NCBI RefSeq assembly: GCF_028641065.1
Contig: NC_073399.1
Span: 3,038,001-3,102,000 of the forward strand
DNA from: Leucoraja erinacea
Taxonomy: Eukaryota
DNA: 64,000 nt
Direction: 5' to 3'
Shown: positions 12,025 to 24,560 of the stretch, one piece after another
Position numbering within the stretch: position 1 is the stretch's first letter
How the letters are laid out: each line of letters starts with the position of its first letter
Program-made: the position numbers and the translations under genes
The notes under the pieces: generated by a model
The model's database searches: none
Seen by the model: only the letters and a program-made list of their open reading frames with translations
What the model was told of the DNA's origin: nothing

Positions 12025-12300
12025 AGTGTTGCTGCCTTACAGCGCCAGAGTTTCGATCCTGACTACAGGTGCTGTCTGTTCTCATCTGGGACCACGTGGG
12101 TTTTTTCTGGATGCTCCGGTTTCCTCCCACACTCCAAAGGTGTACAGATTTGAGGGTTAATTGGCTTTGGTACAACTGTAAATTGGCCCGAGCATGTAGA
12201 TAGTGCTGGTGTACGGGGGGAGGGGGTTGTTGGTCGGGACGGACCTGGTGGGCCGAAGGGCCTGTTTCCGCACTGTATCTCTAAAGTCTCAAAGTAAAGT
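12025..12300 (+). mobile_element. HE1-like V-SINE
   Basis: gttgctgccttacagcgccagag head, V core and CR1-type tail. Confidence 0.88.
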
Positions 12301-12811
12301 CCCTCTTCGGTGTTCTGGAACACTTATAATGAATGTAGCTCAAGTTTATGTCTGTGCAAAATACCAAGTAGCAAAGATTATGATTCAAAACCGTAACAGA
12401 ACGAGAGCTTACACCCGGCTGCTAACCTTGAGAACAAAATAACAAGTCGTTTAACACATATCTGATCCGCATATGTGTTACTTCCTTGATACTGACGCCT
12501 ACATGGGTGCTCTGTACAAGTAATGCAGGAAGAAATGTGAAGTTATCAGGGACGGACAATGACTCAAAATAGTAATAACACTGAGTTGGACAGAAAACAG
12601 GAAATGTGATGCCTAGAATGTCTTGCGCAATAGGGATGACCATGTTTTATTTTAAGCAACTAGTGTGCAAATTAGTGCACGTGGAGTAGTGAGTGTGTAC
12701 ATGGAGAGGACAGCATCTGCAGTTCCTTGTGTCCACTATGTATGCAAGTTGCTGGACTGGTGATTGTGATGATGATCTAGTCCCACAAACACACCCCCTT
12801 CACCAGTATGT

Positions 12812-13385
12812 AGAAACATAGCAAATAGGTGCAGGAGTAGGCCATTCGGCCCTTCGAGACTGCACCGCCATTCAATATGATCATGGCCGATCATCCAACT
12901 CAGTATCCTGTACCTGCCTTCTCTCCATACCCCCTGATCCCTTTAGCCACAAGGGCCACATCTAACTCCCTCTTAAATGTAGCCAATGAACTGTGGCCTC
13001 AACTACACCTGAGCAATTACAAATGCCTGCAAAGTCATGTGTCCCAAACATTATGGTGTCCTGAAATTGTGGGACTATCAATAAACACAGCTGTAATTTC
13101 TCTCCTGAAACCCCTGATCCCTTTAAAATCTGACAATGTGCACTTTAACCACATGTGATTTTTTTTCTATTACAAATCCACAAATTGTGGAGTAAAGAGG
13201 CAAATAAATAAATGATGGGTCTTTGTCCCAAACATTATGGAGGGCACAGTAATGTGAAGCATTTATTCACACCCAACTGAATACATCACGGGACCTGCAT
13301 GAAACCTCGTGGAAACCAGGTCCCACACCCAACTACTGGCAGAGAATTCCACAGATTCACCACTCTCTGTGTGAAGAATGTTTTG
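12812..13385 (-). mobile_element. Young CR1 3' end interrupted by a copy of 11564-11885
   Basis: CR1 tail reverse complement 12812-13004; CR1 resumes ~13330 (ggcagagaattccacagattcaccactctc). Confidence 0.85.
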
Positions 13386-13859
13386 TACTGGTACAGTATG
13401 TACATACTTCACCAGTCTGTACACTGGTCTCAGAAGATAGACACAAAATGCAGAGTGAAGCATATTTTCTGTAGCGTGTGGGATCGCTTCATGCTTGACC
13501 ATGCAGAATGGTGGCAAAACATACGCCAACGGATCTGAAGATGGTGAGAGACATAAAGGATGAGACGAATTATTAAAATGCATACAGAGCAAATGGAGAG
13601 AGTCAAGAAAGTACTCACATCACATAAAAATACAATGCATTCAGCAAAATCCTTGCCCATAGGTGTCTTATCAAAGGCAACATTTTAACTGTACAGAGGG
13701 TCACTCTCAGAAAAGAAATGTATCTAAATTAATAGATCATAATTATCACGGGATCAGAACACACACAACATCACCAAGTAAAACTTGTCAACGTTTCTTG
13801 AATCAATTTTCGCCTGGAAGGAGAAAGATGGGGATGAATCTCTTAACACAGCATTCAGG

Positions 13860-14185
13860 GGAACTCTGTCCTTATCCCATCCGGGGAGAGAGGAAGAGAG
13901 AGCAGAGCTCTGGGAAATAGAGGAGGTGGGTTGAAGGGAGCGGGGGGGGGGGGGGGGGGTCCACATTGGTGAAGAGAGGGGACATTTCAAATATCCGTGA
14001 ATGGAAAGCCTCATCTTGAGAGCAGATGTAGCAGAGACGGAGCAAGAGATGGCGTCTTCACAAGCAGTTGGGCAGGAGGAGATGAAGTCACGGTAGCTCT
14101 GGGAGTCAATGGGTTTGAAGTCAATGCCAGTCGATAGTCTGTCTCCTGTGTTGGAGGTCAGAGAGATCGAGAAAAGAGAGAGGTC
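13860..14185 (-). pseudogene. Penelope-like element reverse-transcriptase C-terminal remnant
   Basis: Minus strand reads (with frameshifts) LSFLDLS..GDRLSTGIDFKPIDSQSYRDFISSCPTAC..LRLCYICSQDEAFHSR, matching the PLE pattern FLD..KPTD..YL...S.HP...RICS. Confidence 0.75.
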
Positions 14186-14194
14186 AGAGATTTA

Positions 14195-14567
14195 ACCTTC
14201 TACCCTCTCCCCTATCCCCCTCCCACCCATCTCCCTGCCTCCGGCTCCATATTTCACTCCTCTTCTTTCCTGTCTACCTGGAGCCTTTGCCCCAAACTCC
14301 ACCCATCCGTTGGTCACCTGTACCCTTGCCTGTACCCTGCTCTCACTTCTATCACGTGCCAAGGGTTTGACCCACCCCTACCTCCCTTTCCCAGCTTCCC
14401 CCCCCCCCCCCCCCCTCCCATCGCTCCATCAGTCAAGAGGCAAGATCCCGACCCGAAACGTCACCTGTCTATTTACCTCCACAGATGTTGCCTGACCTGC
14501 TAAGTACCGACCAGCTCCTCGTTTTTGTGCTCAGGTTTATTAAGCATCTGCGGCCTCTTGTGTCTCC
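14195..14567 (+). mobile_element. Penelope-like terminal repeat, inverted relative to the adjacent RT remnant
   Basis: C-rich leader, degenerate hammerhead (atcccgacccgaaacgtcacc), then cagatgttgcctgacctgct...agcatctgc. Confidence 0.7.
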
Positions 14568-14715
14568 ATAAAAGAGAGAGACTGAAATGAAACTTAAGAA
14601 TATGAACCGCACGGGGTTTGTTCGGGGCCGTGGTGGAAGACGTGGTCATGCGGAGAGCCAGTGGTAGAGTACAATACCACCCAGAAGCCACATTGTTGTC
14701 AGACCAAGTATATCA

Positions 14716-14958
14716 CCCAGAGAGTGGTGAATCTCTGGAACTCTCTGCCACAGAGGGTAGTCGAGGCCACACAGTTCATTGGCTATATTTAAGAGGGAGT
14801 TAGATGTGGCCCTTGTGGCTAAGGGGATCAGGGGGTATGGAGAGAAGGCAGGTACGGGATACTGAGTTGGATGATCAGCCATGATCATATTGAATGGCGG
14901 TGCAGGCTCGAAGGGCCGAATGGCCTCTACTCCTGCACCTAATTTCTATGTTTCTATC
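14716..14958 (+). mobile_element. Young CR1 LINE 3' end
   Basis: cagagagtggtgaatctctggaactc...tttctatgtttctat. Confidence 0.93.
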
Positions 14959-15689
14959 TCAGAGAAGTGGTATTGGAGAATTTCCATGTTTTCAGGGGAG
15001 TGGCCATTTTGATGTTTGAAAGCAGGAAGATGTTGGGTAATTACAGGGTCTATGTGATGTGGGACTAACGTTGGTGGTAGGGAAGTTGCTGGAAACCATT
15101 GAAGGGAAGGACAGGACTAATCGACGTTTGGAAAGGCAGGGATTAAATAAAGATTAAACAAAGATAATGATCGGGGGACCCTCGGACTATCATTGATCGG
15201 ACTTTCCTGGCTTTGCCATACACTAAACATTATTCCCTTATCATGCATCTGTACACTGTGGACGGCTCGATTGTAATCATGTATTATCTTTCCGCTGCCT
15301 GATTAGCACACCACAAAAGCTTTTCACTGTACCTCGGTACACGTGACAATAAACTAAACTGGGAGTGACAGATAATTTTGTGCGGGGAGAGGTGTGGAAT
15401 TTCCTCTGTTGGGGCATTGACACGTTACTCTAAACTTTGATGACTGGGTTTGAAAAATATCAAATTGTATTGTATTGTATTGTATATCTTTATTGTCATT
15501 TCCTGAGTATTCGCATACCCAGAGGAAACAAAAAAACATTTCTCAACCAGTGTCCATTCAGTGTGCATGAAAAATAAATAGAAATAAAAAATACATGTAT
15601 CATGAACAAATTTAACAAAATCAATGCCATTAAGGATTTGTAAAATATCTTCAACTTCTACCTAGTCCCATGCAAAGAAGGCATTTACT

Positions 15690-16233
15690 TTATTTTAGTT
15701 TACAATGTAGAAACAGGCCCTTCGGCCCACCACATCCATCCCACCCACGATCCCCGTACATTAACACTGTCTACACTATCAACACACTAGGGACAATTTA
15801 CACTTATACCAAGCCAATTAATCTACAAACCTGGATGTCTTTGGAGTGTGGGAGCATACCGAAAATCTCGGCGAAAACCCACGCGGTCACGGGGAGAACG
15901 TGCAAACTCCATACAGACAGCACCCGTAGTGGGGATCAAACACGTGTCTCTAGCGCTGCAAGCGATGTAATGCCCCTGTCCCACTTAGGAAACCTCGACG
16001 GAAACCTCTGGAGACTTTGCGCCCCACCCAAGGTTTCCACGCGGTTCCCGGAGGTTTTTGTCAGTCTCCCTACCTGCTTCCACTACCTGCAACCTCCGGC
16101 AACCACCTGCAACCTCCGGAAACCGCACGGAAACCTTGGGCGGGGCGCAAAGTCTCCAGAGGATTCCGTTCAGGTTTCCTAAGTGGGACTAGGCTTTAAG
16201 GCAGCAATGTTACTGCTGTGCCACCGTACTGCC
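15690..16233 (-). mobile_element. HE1-like V-SINE interrupted by a MITE
   Basis: Reverse-complement SINE; the head continues as taaggcagcaatgttactgctgtgccaccgt after 16196. Confidence 0.88.
15971..16196. mobile_element. PIF/Harbinger-like MITE with long inverted arms
   Basis: ~85-bp inverted arms (cctgtcccacttaggaaacc.../...ggtttcctaagtgggac); TAA duplicated at 15968-70 and 16197-99. Confidence 0.8.
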
Positions 16234-16435
16234 CTGAGACACAGTGGACTTGTGTAGAATCGAGAATGAGCGTGTATGAAATTGTGCTTTCCCCTCCCAC
16301 AGTTTAAGACGATGTCTGGCGGCTGTTTCCCCACACTAGAGTGCGGACGGATTGTCTACACTCTTGGTGGATGCACTGAAAGGTGAGCAGGAGTGAAGTG
16401 ACCGCTGAATTGCCCAGAGGCTAGTCAGCAAAAAC

Positions 16436-16925
16436 TATAGTCATAAGTGATAGGAGCAGAATTAGGCCATTCGGCCCATCAAGTCCACTCCCCCATTCAA
16501 TCATGGTTGATCTATCTTTCCATCCTAACCCCATTCTCCTGCCTTCCTCCCATAGCTCCAGACACCCGTTCTAATCAAGGATCTATTTATTGTTTAAGAG
16601 GGAACTGCAGATGCTGGAGAATCGAAGGTTACACAAAAAAGCTGGAGAAACTCAGCGGGTGCAGCAGCATCTATGGAGCGAAGGAAATAGGCAACGTTTC
16701 GGGCCGAAACCCTTCAAGGGTTTCGGCCCGAAACGTTGCCTATTTCCTTCGCTCCATAGATGCTACTGCACCCGCTGAGTTTCTCCAGCTTTTTTGTGTA
16801 ACCAAGGATCTATTTATGTCTGCCTTAAAAAATATCCATCCACAGACTTCCACTGTGAATTCCACAGATTCAACAATAAAATAACCTCATCTCCTTCCTA
16901 AAGGAATGTCCTTTCATTCTGAGGC
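16436..16925 (-). mobile_element. CR1 3' end (older subfamily) hosting a PLE hairpin
   Basis: ataggagcagaattaggccattcggcccatc...gaattccacagattca...attctgaggct. Confidence 0.8.
16591..16802. mobile_element. Penelope-like palindromic element with 15-bp TSD
   Basis: Inverted arms centred on gaaaccc-ttcaa-gggtttc; caaggatctatttat at 16576-16590 and 16803-16817. Confidence 0.9.
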
Positions 16926-17610
16926 TATTCGAACACTGAATGACAAAATAGATTGAAAAGAAAGCCTAACTATAAATGAGTCTGTCTTGCAAAGCTGAAT
17001 TGTGTTGCTGCCTGCAATGACAAAAGCCCCAGAATGCTTTGACCTGCAGGATAACAGGGCAGTCTACTTCCCCCTTCCTGAAGCTCGGTGTCTGACACAA
17101 TCTTCAAAAGCACCCCCAGTATGCCAGCACATCTGTATAGTATTCATGTTAATAAAGATCATGACCAACTGAGAAATCCTCTATATTATGACAGCTGCAG
17201 CAAAACTGGCCATGAAGGATATCATATTTAGCAATCCGAGCAGAAATGGGTATAAATCCCCTGGGAAAAACATGAGGAGGAAAATACCTGCAGAATTACG
17301 AATATGTTTTGCTCTTTCAAATCTGGTCTCTATCATTCAGCCATCGCTCTGTGTGGACTTTAGTTCATCCACACGCTGCCTCCTGACCTGTTGAAACTCC
17401 TCATCTTCCTGCCTCCTCCAGGGCTATCACACCCATCTCCCTTCCTCTTTTTGGCATCCGCAATGTCTTTCAGTTCTCTGTCCAACCTTCAATGACTTCC
17501 CTTCTGATCTTTTCTGCTGGTGCCCCACCAGCGTGGAGTTGCTGGGCGCGGGCATGTTGGCTGCTTCCCTTCCTGCCACCCCTGGAAATGTCTGACCACG
17601 CCTGTCCTAG

Positions 17611-17950
17611 TCCCATTCAAATTTATTGTCATTGTGCAGTGTACAGTACAGAGACAACGAAATGCAGTTAGCATCTCCCTGGAAGAGCGACATAGAATAT
17701 GAGCAATAAATAAATATTGTAGTCATAGTAGTGCAATTATTATTTTTTTTCCTGGTGGAAGGAGTGTCCGGGGGGGGGGGTGGTGATTGGCAGTCACCGA
17801 GGTACAGTGTTGAGTAGTGTAACAACCGCAGGGAAGAAGCTGTTCCTGGACCTGCTGGTCCGGCAACGGAGAGACCTGTAGCGCCTCCCGGATGGTAGGA
17901 GGGTAAACAGTCTATGGTTGGGGTGAGAGCAGTCCTTGGCGATGCTGAGC
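17611..17950 (-). mobile_element. Rex1/Babar-like LINE 3' fragment
   Basis: Reverse complement of the ...aatgacaataaa tail; gggaagaagctgttcctggacctg corresponds to the SRSRNSFFP C-terminal motif. Confidence 0.75.
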
Positions 17951-18513
17951 GCTGAGCCTGTTCGACCTGCTAAGTATTGCTAGAATCTTTGTGCGTATAT
18001 ATCTCCGCCTACGTACTCATTGTTTTTAGTTGTTTCAGACAATCCTATCACAGTAGGATCTCTACACCAGGAGTTTAGAGAACAGGCCCCGGTGTTCATG
18101 GCACTTATTTGGTGCTCAGAACCTCATCCACACTCAGTGGCATTACAAGTGCACCATACTGCTTTGAAATCATCAGAAATGATTGTCAAAAGTGGAGAGG
18201 AACACACTTTGCTGTGATATAGCGGGGCTGAATTCCTAGTCAAATGTCCCTTGCGCTCTCACGCAAGATATCCATTGTGCCACAAACATGTTCGTTCTTT
18301 GAGAGACGAGCAGCAGTTGTGGGATGTATTGTTCGCAGAGTCTGCAAAACCGGAGGGTTTGGAACAATTTATAATTTGTTATCCAGAGTAATGATCAGAC
18401 AAGATCGCAGTACATCTTCCAGGCAAAGCAAATGATTACATCCAAAGTAATTATTTGGTCAGTGTCAAATTGTAAACCAACTAGGTATTCTACAGAGCAC
18501 ATGGAATACATAA

Positions 18514-18729
18514 AGGTCCAGGCCCACTTGCCGATCTTCTTCAGCGACTGCTGGCATCATTGACTGACGAATCAGGTCACCGAAAGATTTGTGGCATGAT
18601 GACACTGTTTTTTCAAATGTCGAAACATTTTTGTTTGTCTCTACTGGATTTTGAAACTTTCAAAATCGTTTGGCAACACTGATATGATGCCGACAGCCTC
18701 CAAAATAATCTCCAAGTGGGACAGGCCCT
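18514..18729. mobile_element. PIF/Harbinger-like MITE
   Basis: aggtccaggcccactt / aagtgggacaggccct with TAA on both sides (18511-13, 18730-32). Confidence 0.72.
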
Positions 18730-19641
18730 TAATACAGCCCAAATCCCCCTTCATTGGGTACATATGAACAGTAGAGAGAGGGGAAATGTGCATCTTGCCA
18801 TTCCTTTCATACTAATTTCATACCGCAGGATTGCGATGATTCAGTAGACTGGCTCATGTACAGGACCACTTCATTCAGTCTGAGTGAGTGTACCTCAGTC
18901 ATCAGCAGCTGCATCAAGAAATATGCAGATGACTACATTCCGATGAACATAGTTAGGATCCATCCCAACCAGACACCTTATGAATAGGGAGACTCTCGGG
19001 CTAAAGTCCAGACCCAAAGCTTTCCAGGGGGATGGTCCGTACAGTAATAGAATACCAAGTATGGTCTACACAATGCTATCTAGAGATGCCAAAACAAGAT
19101 AGAAGCTCAATTTAATCAAATGGGTGCCAGGTGAGTGTGGCAGAACCTGAATACCACCATGGGCTACAAGTCAAAGTCAGAGACGTTCAACGACACATCT
19201 CCACCAGTGAGCACAATGCCATTTATGCTTGTTTTAAACAGGCAAACAAACTCCACCAAGGCATTTCTCCTTATCCTCCACTGGCCCCGTCCCATACATC
19301 TGCAACATACAGCTGCAAATATCAGATCTGCTTTCCTCAAGGAGGGACCAGGCAGATTCATTGCCTGGGTGAGTTCTGAAGTCATGTGCCAATCACCTGG
19401 CCACAGTCTTTACTGCCATCTTAAACTTCTCACTTCAATTGTCTCCTGTTCTCATCCGCTTCACGGAAACCTCCATCATTCAAGTCCTCTAGAGAAACAA
19501 TGTGACGTATGTCAATAGTTTATGCCCAGTAGCTCTGCCATTGACCTTAATGCAGTACTTTGAATGATTGGTAAAGGCGCACATTTCTGTTAGTCTTCTG
19601 GACAAACTAGACCCCTGCAATTTATGTACAGCAAAAGTAGG

Positions 19642-19965
19642 TTAAAGGAAGAAGGAACTGCAGATGCTGGAAAATCGAAAAGTAGGCCGAATCCCTTGGG
19701 AAACAGGCAACGTTTCGGGGCCTTTTCCCTTGGGAAATAGGTAACGTTTCGGGCCGAAACCCGAGGGCCTATTTCCTTCGCTCCATAGATGCTGCTGCAC
19801 CCGCTGAGTTTCTCCAGCATTTTTGTGTACGAAGGAACTGCAGATGCTGGTGTACATCAAATATGGACACAAAATGCTGGAGTAACTCAGCGGGACAGGC
19901 AGCATCGCCGGAGAGAAGGAATGGGTGAAGTTTTGGGTCGATTCTGGCATTTTGTGTCTATCTTC
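19642..19965. mobile_element. Cluster of Penelope-like terminal-repeat fragments with an internal partial tandem
   Basis: gaaggaactgcagatgctgg heads at ~19651 and 19831; two cccttgggaaa(c/t)agg(c/t)aacgtttcggg units. Confidence 0.75.
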
Positions 19966-20384
19966 AAAGAAAGACACCATCTCTTCTGCACAAAGTTCAG
20001 CCCGGGATCACCTTGATAATGTGCACCAATGTCAGAATGCTAGTTGTTGATTACAGCTCAGCATTCAACACCATCATTCCGAATCAGCTCACCCCTAAAC
20101 CTTGCCCGTACCTTGCCCATGGTGCCACCATCTGCAAGTGGCTCTGGACCTCTTGATCGGCTGAGGTCAGGCAGTCAGAACTGGCCACAACATTTCCCCC
20201 ACCCTGATCCTCAGCACTGGTGGCCCCCAGGGTTGTGTGCACCGTCCCTTGTTCTACCCCCTGTACACTCGGGGTGTGTGGCCAAGTACAGCACCAACTG
20301 GATCCCATAGAAAGGAACTGTAGGTGCTGCTTTTTTACCCAAGATAGACACAAACTGCTGAGTAACTCAACCAGTCAGGAAACA

Positions 20385-20605
20385 TCTCTGCCACAGAAGG
20401 TAGTTGAGGCCACAGTTCATTGGCTATATTTAAGAGGGAGCTAGATGTGGCCCTTGTGGCTAAAGGGGATCAGGGGGTATGGAGAGAAGGCAGGGATGGG
20501 ATACTGAGTTGGATGATCAGCCATGATCATATCGAATGGCGGTGCAGGCTCGAAGGGCCGAATGGCCTCTACTCCTGCACCTATTTTCTATGTTCTATGT
20601 TTCTA
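20385..20605 (+). mobile_element. Young CR1 3' end inserted in a PLE fragment (20308-20656)
   Basis: ctctgccacagaaggtagttgaggcc...tttctatgttctatgtttctat; the PLE antisense arm flanks both sides. Confidence 0.88.
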
Positions 20606-20848
20606 TCTTTGGGGAAAATGGATAGGTGGCGTTTCGGATCGGGACCCTTCTTCAGATCAAGTTGATCTTTAAGTTTGGCGATGATATTATTGTTGTTGGG
20701 CAGACCAACAATAGCGAGAAGACTATCCATACTCTCACTCTCGACTCTACCCCATTCAGCGTTGCTGTGTTCTTTTGCGCGACTCCGATGTTGCACTGCT
20801 ATCGTGCACCACTCTACTCTTCTGCACTCGTTGTTGTACTTATTATAG

Positions 20849-23800
20849 AAACAAGGAACTGCAGAGGCTGGTTTACGAAAGAAGAACAGAGTGTTGGGAG
20901 TAACTCTGCGGGTCAGGCAGCATCTCAGGAGGACATGAATTGGCCTAATCCGTAACATAGCCTATCCATGTTCTCCTGAGATGCTGCGAGACCCGCTGAG
21001 TTACTCCAGCAATCTGTGTCTTCTTTTGCTGTACTTATTGTTGTATTTTTCCTGTATCATTTACTCTCTGAGCTTTATGTGAAGGAGGAATTTCACTGCA
21101 CCCTGGTCTACATGACAACAAACTATTCTATTCTAATCTCGTGTGGCTGTGTTTTGAAAGGTTTCATCTGTTTCGGATGATAAATGGCAATGCTGCTGAG
21201 ACGGGATTGATCCTTTAAGATACTGGTTTGAATCGTGGCCCCGAAGGTGCCCGTGAAGAGTGAAATAGAAAACATTCCGTTGGGTGGGAGATGACCTTTG
21301 GCCTCAAAGATATGAAGAAACTGTGTGGGGACTATATCCTGCTATAAATCACTTCCTGGAACTAAACCATGCCATGTCAGTTAATTTCTGCTCTTTCATG
21401 TAGATTTGTAATTAATGGTGTAATCTTGCATTACCTTGGAATCACCAGCCACCCGCCTCCCCCCTCCCCTCCTACCCTCCTCCCCCTCACTCTAATCACT
21501 CTCCATATGACCAACATGTATTATTTCAGAGATAGACACAGAATGCTGGAGTAAATCAGCGGGACATGCGGAGAGAAGGAATGGGTGACGTTTCGGGTCC
21601 AGACCTTTCTTCACAAATTCTGTCTCCTTAGTTTAGTTTATTGTCACGTGCGCTGAGGTAGAGTGAAAAGCCCTTTATCGCGCCAACTTCTTCAGATGCG
21701 CCGTGGAAAGCATGTCATCGGGAAACATCACAGCTTGGTTTGCGAACAGCTCCATCCAAGACCGCAAGGAATTGCAGCAAATTGTTGATGCAGCCCAGAT
21801 CATCACACAAACCAACCAACCGCCCTTCCATTGACTCCATTTATACCTCACGCCTCACGCTGCCTCGGCAAGACCAGCAGCATAATCAAGGACGAGTCGC
21901 ACCCTGGCCCCCACTCCCTCTTGTCCCTTCTCTAATTGGGCAAATGGTACAGAAGTGTGAAAACACACACCTCCAGATTCAGGGAGAGTTTCTCCCCAGC
22001 TGTTATCAGGCAACTGAACCATACTACTGCAACCAGAGAGCAGTCCTGAACTACTATCTACCTCATTGATGAGGACTATCATTGATCGGACTTTACTGGC
22101 TTTACCTTGCACTGAACGTCATTCCCTTATCTGTACACTGGGGATGGCTTAATTGTAATTATATATTGTCTTTCCGTTGACTGGTTAGCACGCAACAAAA
22201 ACTTTTCACTGACAAATAACTGAACTGAGCTGAACGTGTTGGTCAACATATTTGAGAAGGTAAATTGTGCACAGGAATGCCCGAACCAATTTACCCCTGG
22301 GCTCATTTTGACCAAGAGATGATCGCCAGTGTTGTCTAACCCAGATGAAATCACTGAGATAGCATCTTTTACCACTTGTCCGTGCAGGTGATGTAGATAT
22401 TCTTCTCGTACCTGGGGCATGTAAATCACGCAACCAGAATGATTATCAAAAACAAGGAACTGCAGAGGCTGGTTTACGAAAGAAGAACAGAATGTTGGGA
22501 GTAACTCTGCGGGTCAGGCAGCATCTCAGAAGGACATGAATTGGCCTAATCCGTAACATAGCCTATCCATGTTCTCCTGAGATGCTGCGAGACCCGCTGA
22601 GTTACTCCAGCACTCCGTGTCTTGTTGTACTTATTGTTGTATTTTTCCTGTATCATTTACTCACTGAGCTTTATGTGAAGGAGGAATTTCACTGCACCCT
22701 GGTCTACATGACAACAAACTATTCTATTCTTATCTCGTGTGGCTGTGTTTCGAAAGGTTTCAACTGTTTCGGATGATAAATGGCAATGGTGCTGAGACGG
22801 GATTGATCCTTTAAGATACTGGTTTGAATCGTGGCCCCGGAGGTGCCCGTGAAGAGTGAAATAGAAAACATTCCGTTGGGTGAGAGATGACCTTTGGCCT
22901 CAAAGATATGAAGAAACTGTGTGGGGACTATATCCTGCTATAAATCACTTCCTGGAACTAAACCATGCCATGTCAGTTAATTTCTGCTCTTTCATGTAGA
23001 TTTGTAATTAATGGTGTAATCTTGCATTACCTTGGAATCACCAGCCACCCGCCTCCCCCCTCCCCTCCTACCCCCCTCCCCCTCACTCTAATCACTCTCC
23101 ATATGACCAACATGTATTATTTCAGAGATAGACACAGAATGCTGGAGCAAATCAGCGGGACATGCGGAGAGAAGGAATGGGTGACGTTTCGGGTCGAGAC
23201 CTTTCTTCACAAATTCTGTCTTCTTAGTTTAGTTTATTGTCACGTGCGCTGAGGTAGAGTGAAAAGCCCTTTATCGCGCCAACTTCTTCAGATACGCCGT
23301 GGAAAGCATGTCATCGGGAAACATCACTGCTTGGTTTGCGAACAGCTCCATCCAAGACCGCAAGGAATTACAGCGAATTGTTGATGCAGCCCAGATCATC
23401 ACACAAACGAACCAACCACCCTTCCATTGACTCCATTTATACCTCACGCCTCACACTGCCTCGGCAAGACCAGCAGCATAATCAAGGACGAGTCGCACCC
23501 TGGCCCCCACTCCCTCTTGTCCCTTCTCCCATTGGGCAGATGGTACAGAAGTGTGAAAACACACACCTCCAGATTCAGGGAGAGTTTCTCCCCAGCTGTT
23601 ATCAGGCAACTGAACCATCCTACTGCAACCAGAGAGCAGTCCTGAACTACCATCTACCTCATTGATGAGGACTATCATTGATCGGACTTTACTGGCTTTA
23701 CCTTGCACTGAACGTCATTCCCTTATCTGTACACTGGGGATGGCTTAATTGTAATTATATATTGTCTTTCCGTTGACTGGTTAGCACGCAACAAAAACTT

Positions 23801-24046
23801 TTCACTGACAAATAACTGAACTGAGCTGAACGTGTTGGTCAACATATTTGAGAAGGTAAATTGTGCACAGGAGTGCCCGAACCAATTTACCCCTGGGCTC
23901 ATTTTGACCAAGAGATGATCGCCAGTGTTGTCTAACCCAGATGAAATCACTGAGATAGCATCTTTTACCACTTGTCCGTGCAGGTGATGTAGATATTCTT
24001 CTCGTACCTGGGGCATGTAAATCACGCAACCAGAATGATTATCAAA
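20849..24046 (+). repeat. Tandem direct duplication of ~1.6 kb (20849-22450 and 22451-24046)
   Basis: Both copies begin acaaggaactgcagaggctggtttacgaaag and end cgcaaccagaatgattatcaaa; offset 1601 at the start and 1596 at the end; scattered substitutions. Confidence 0.97.
21683..22230 (+). mobile_element. Rex1/Babar-like LINE 3' fragment (duplicated at 23279-23826)
   Basis: PSIDSIYTSR..CLGKTSSIIKDESHPG..SLL..GRWYRSVKTHTSRFRESFSPAVIRQLN; tail gacaaataactgaactgagctgaac. Confidence 0.85.
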
Positions 24047-24082
24047 TAGAAACCTGGCTGACGTTCTAAACATTTAAATTAA

Positions 24083-24560
24083 TAGAAAACATAGAAACAT
24101 AGAAAATAGGTGCAGGAGGAGGCCATTCAGCCCTTCGAGCCAGCACCGCCATTCATTGTGATCATGGCTGATCATCCCCTATCAATAACCTGTGGCTGCC
24201 TTCTCCACATATCCCTTGACTCCACTAGCCCCTAGAGCTCTATCTGACTCTCTTAAATTCATCCAGTGACTTGGCCTCCTGTGGCAGGGAATTCCATAAA
24301 TTCACAACTCTCTGGGTGAAAAAGTTTTTTCTCACCTCAGTCTTAAATGGCCTCCCCTTTATTCTAAGACTGTGGCCCCCTGATTCTGGACTAACCCAAC
24401 ATTGGGAGCATTTTTCCTGCATCTAGCTTGGCCAGTCCTTTTATAATTGTACATGTTTCTATAAGAACCCCCCTCATCCTAAATTCCAGTGAATACAAGC
24501 CTAGCCTTTTCAATCTTTCCTCATATGACAGTCCCGCCATCCCAGGGATCAATCTCGTGG
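24083..24560 (-). mobile_element. CR1 LINE 3' fragment
   Basis: TRLIPGMAGLSYEERLKRLGLYSLEFRMRG; reverse complement of the (TTTCTATG)n tail. Confidence 0.93.

Larger units (their letters stand above)
18830..20720 (+). pseudogene. Old Rex1/Babar LINE ORF remnant (RT region), multiply interrupted
   Basis: Fragments read CIKKYADDYIP..RIHPNQ (~18910-18975), DYSSAFNTIIP (~20050), STGGPQGCV (~20212) and IFKFGDDIIVVG (~20665). Confidence 0.7.

Noticed and set aside
16447-16884. Recurrent ORFs LEKLSGCSSIYGAKEIGNVS...RNVAYFLRSIDA
   Set aside because: These are translations of the non-coding PLE palindrome, which is why they appear on both strands.
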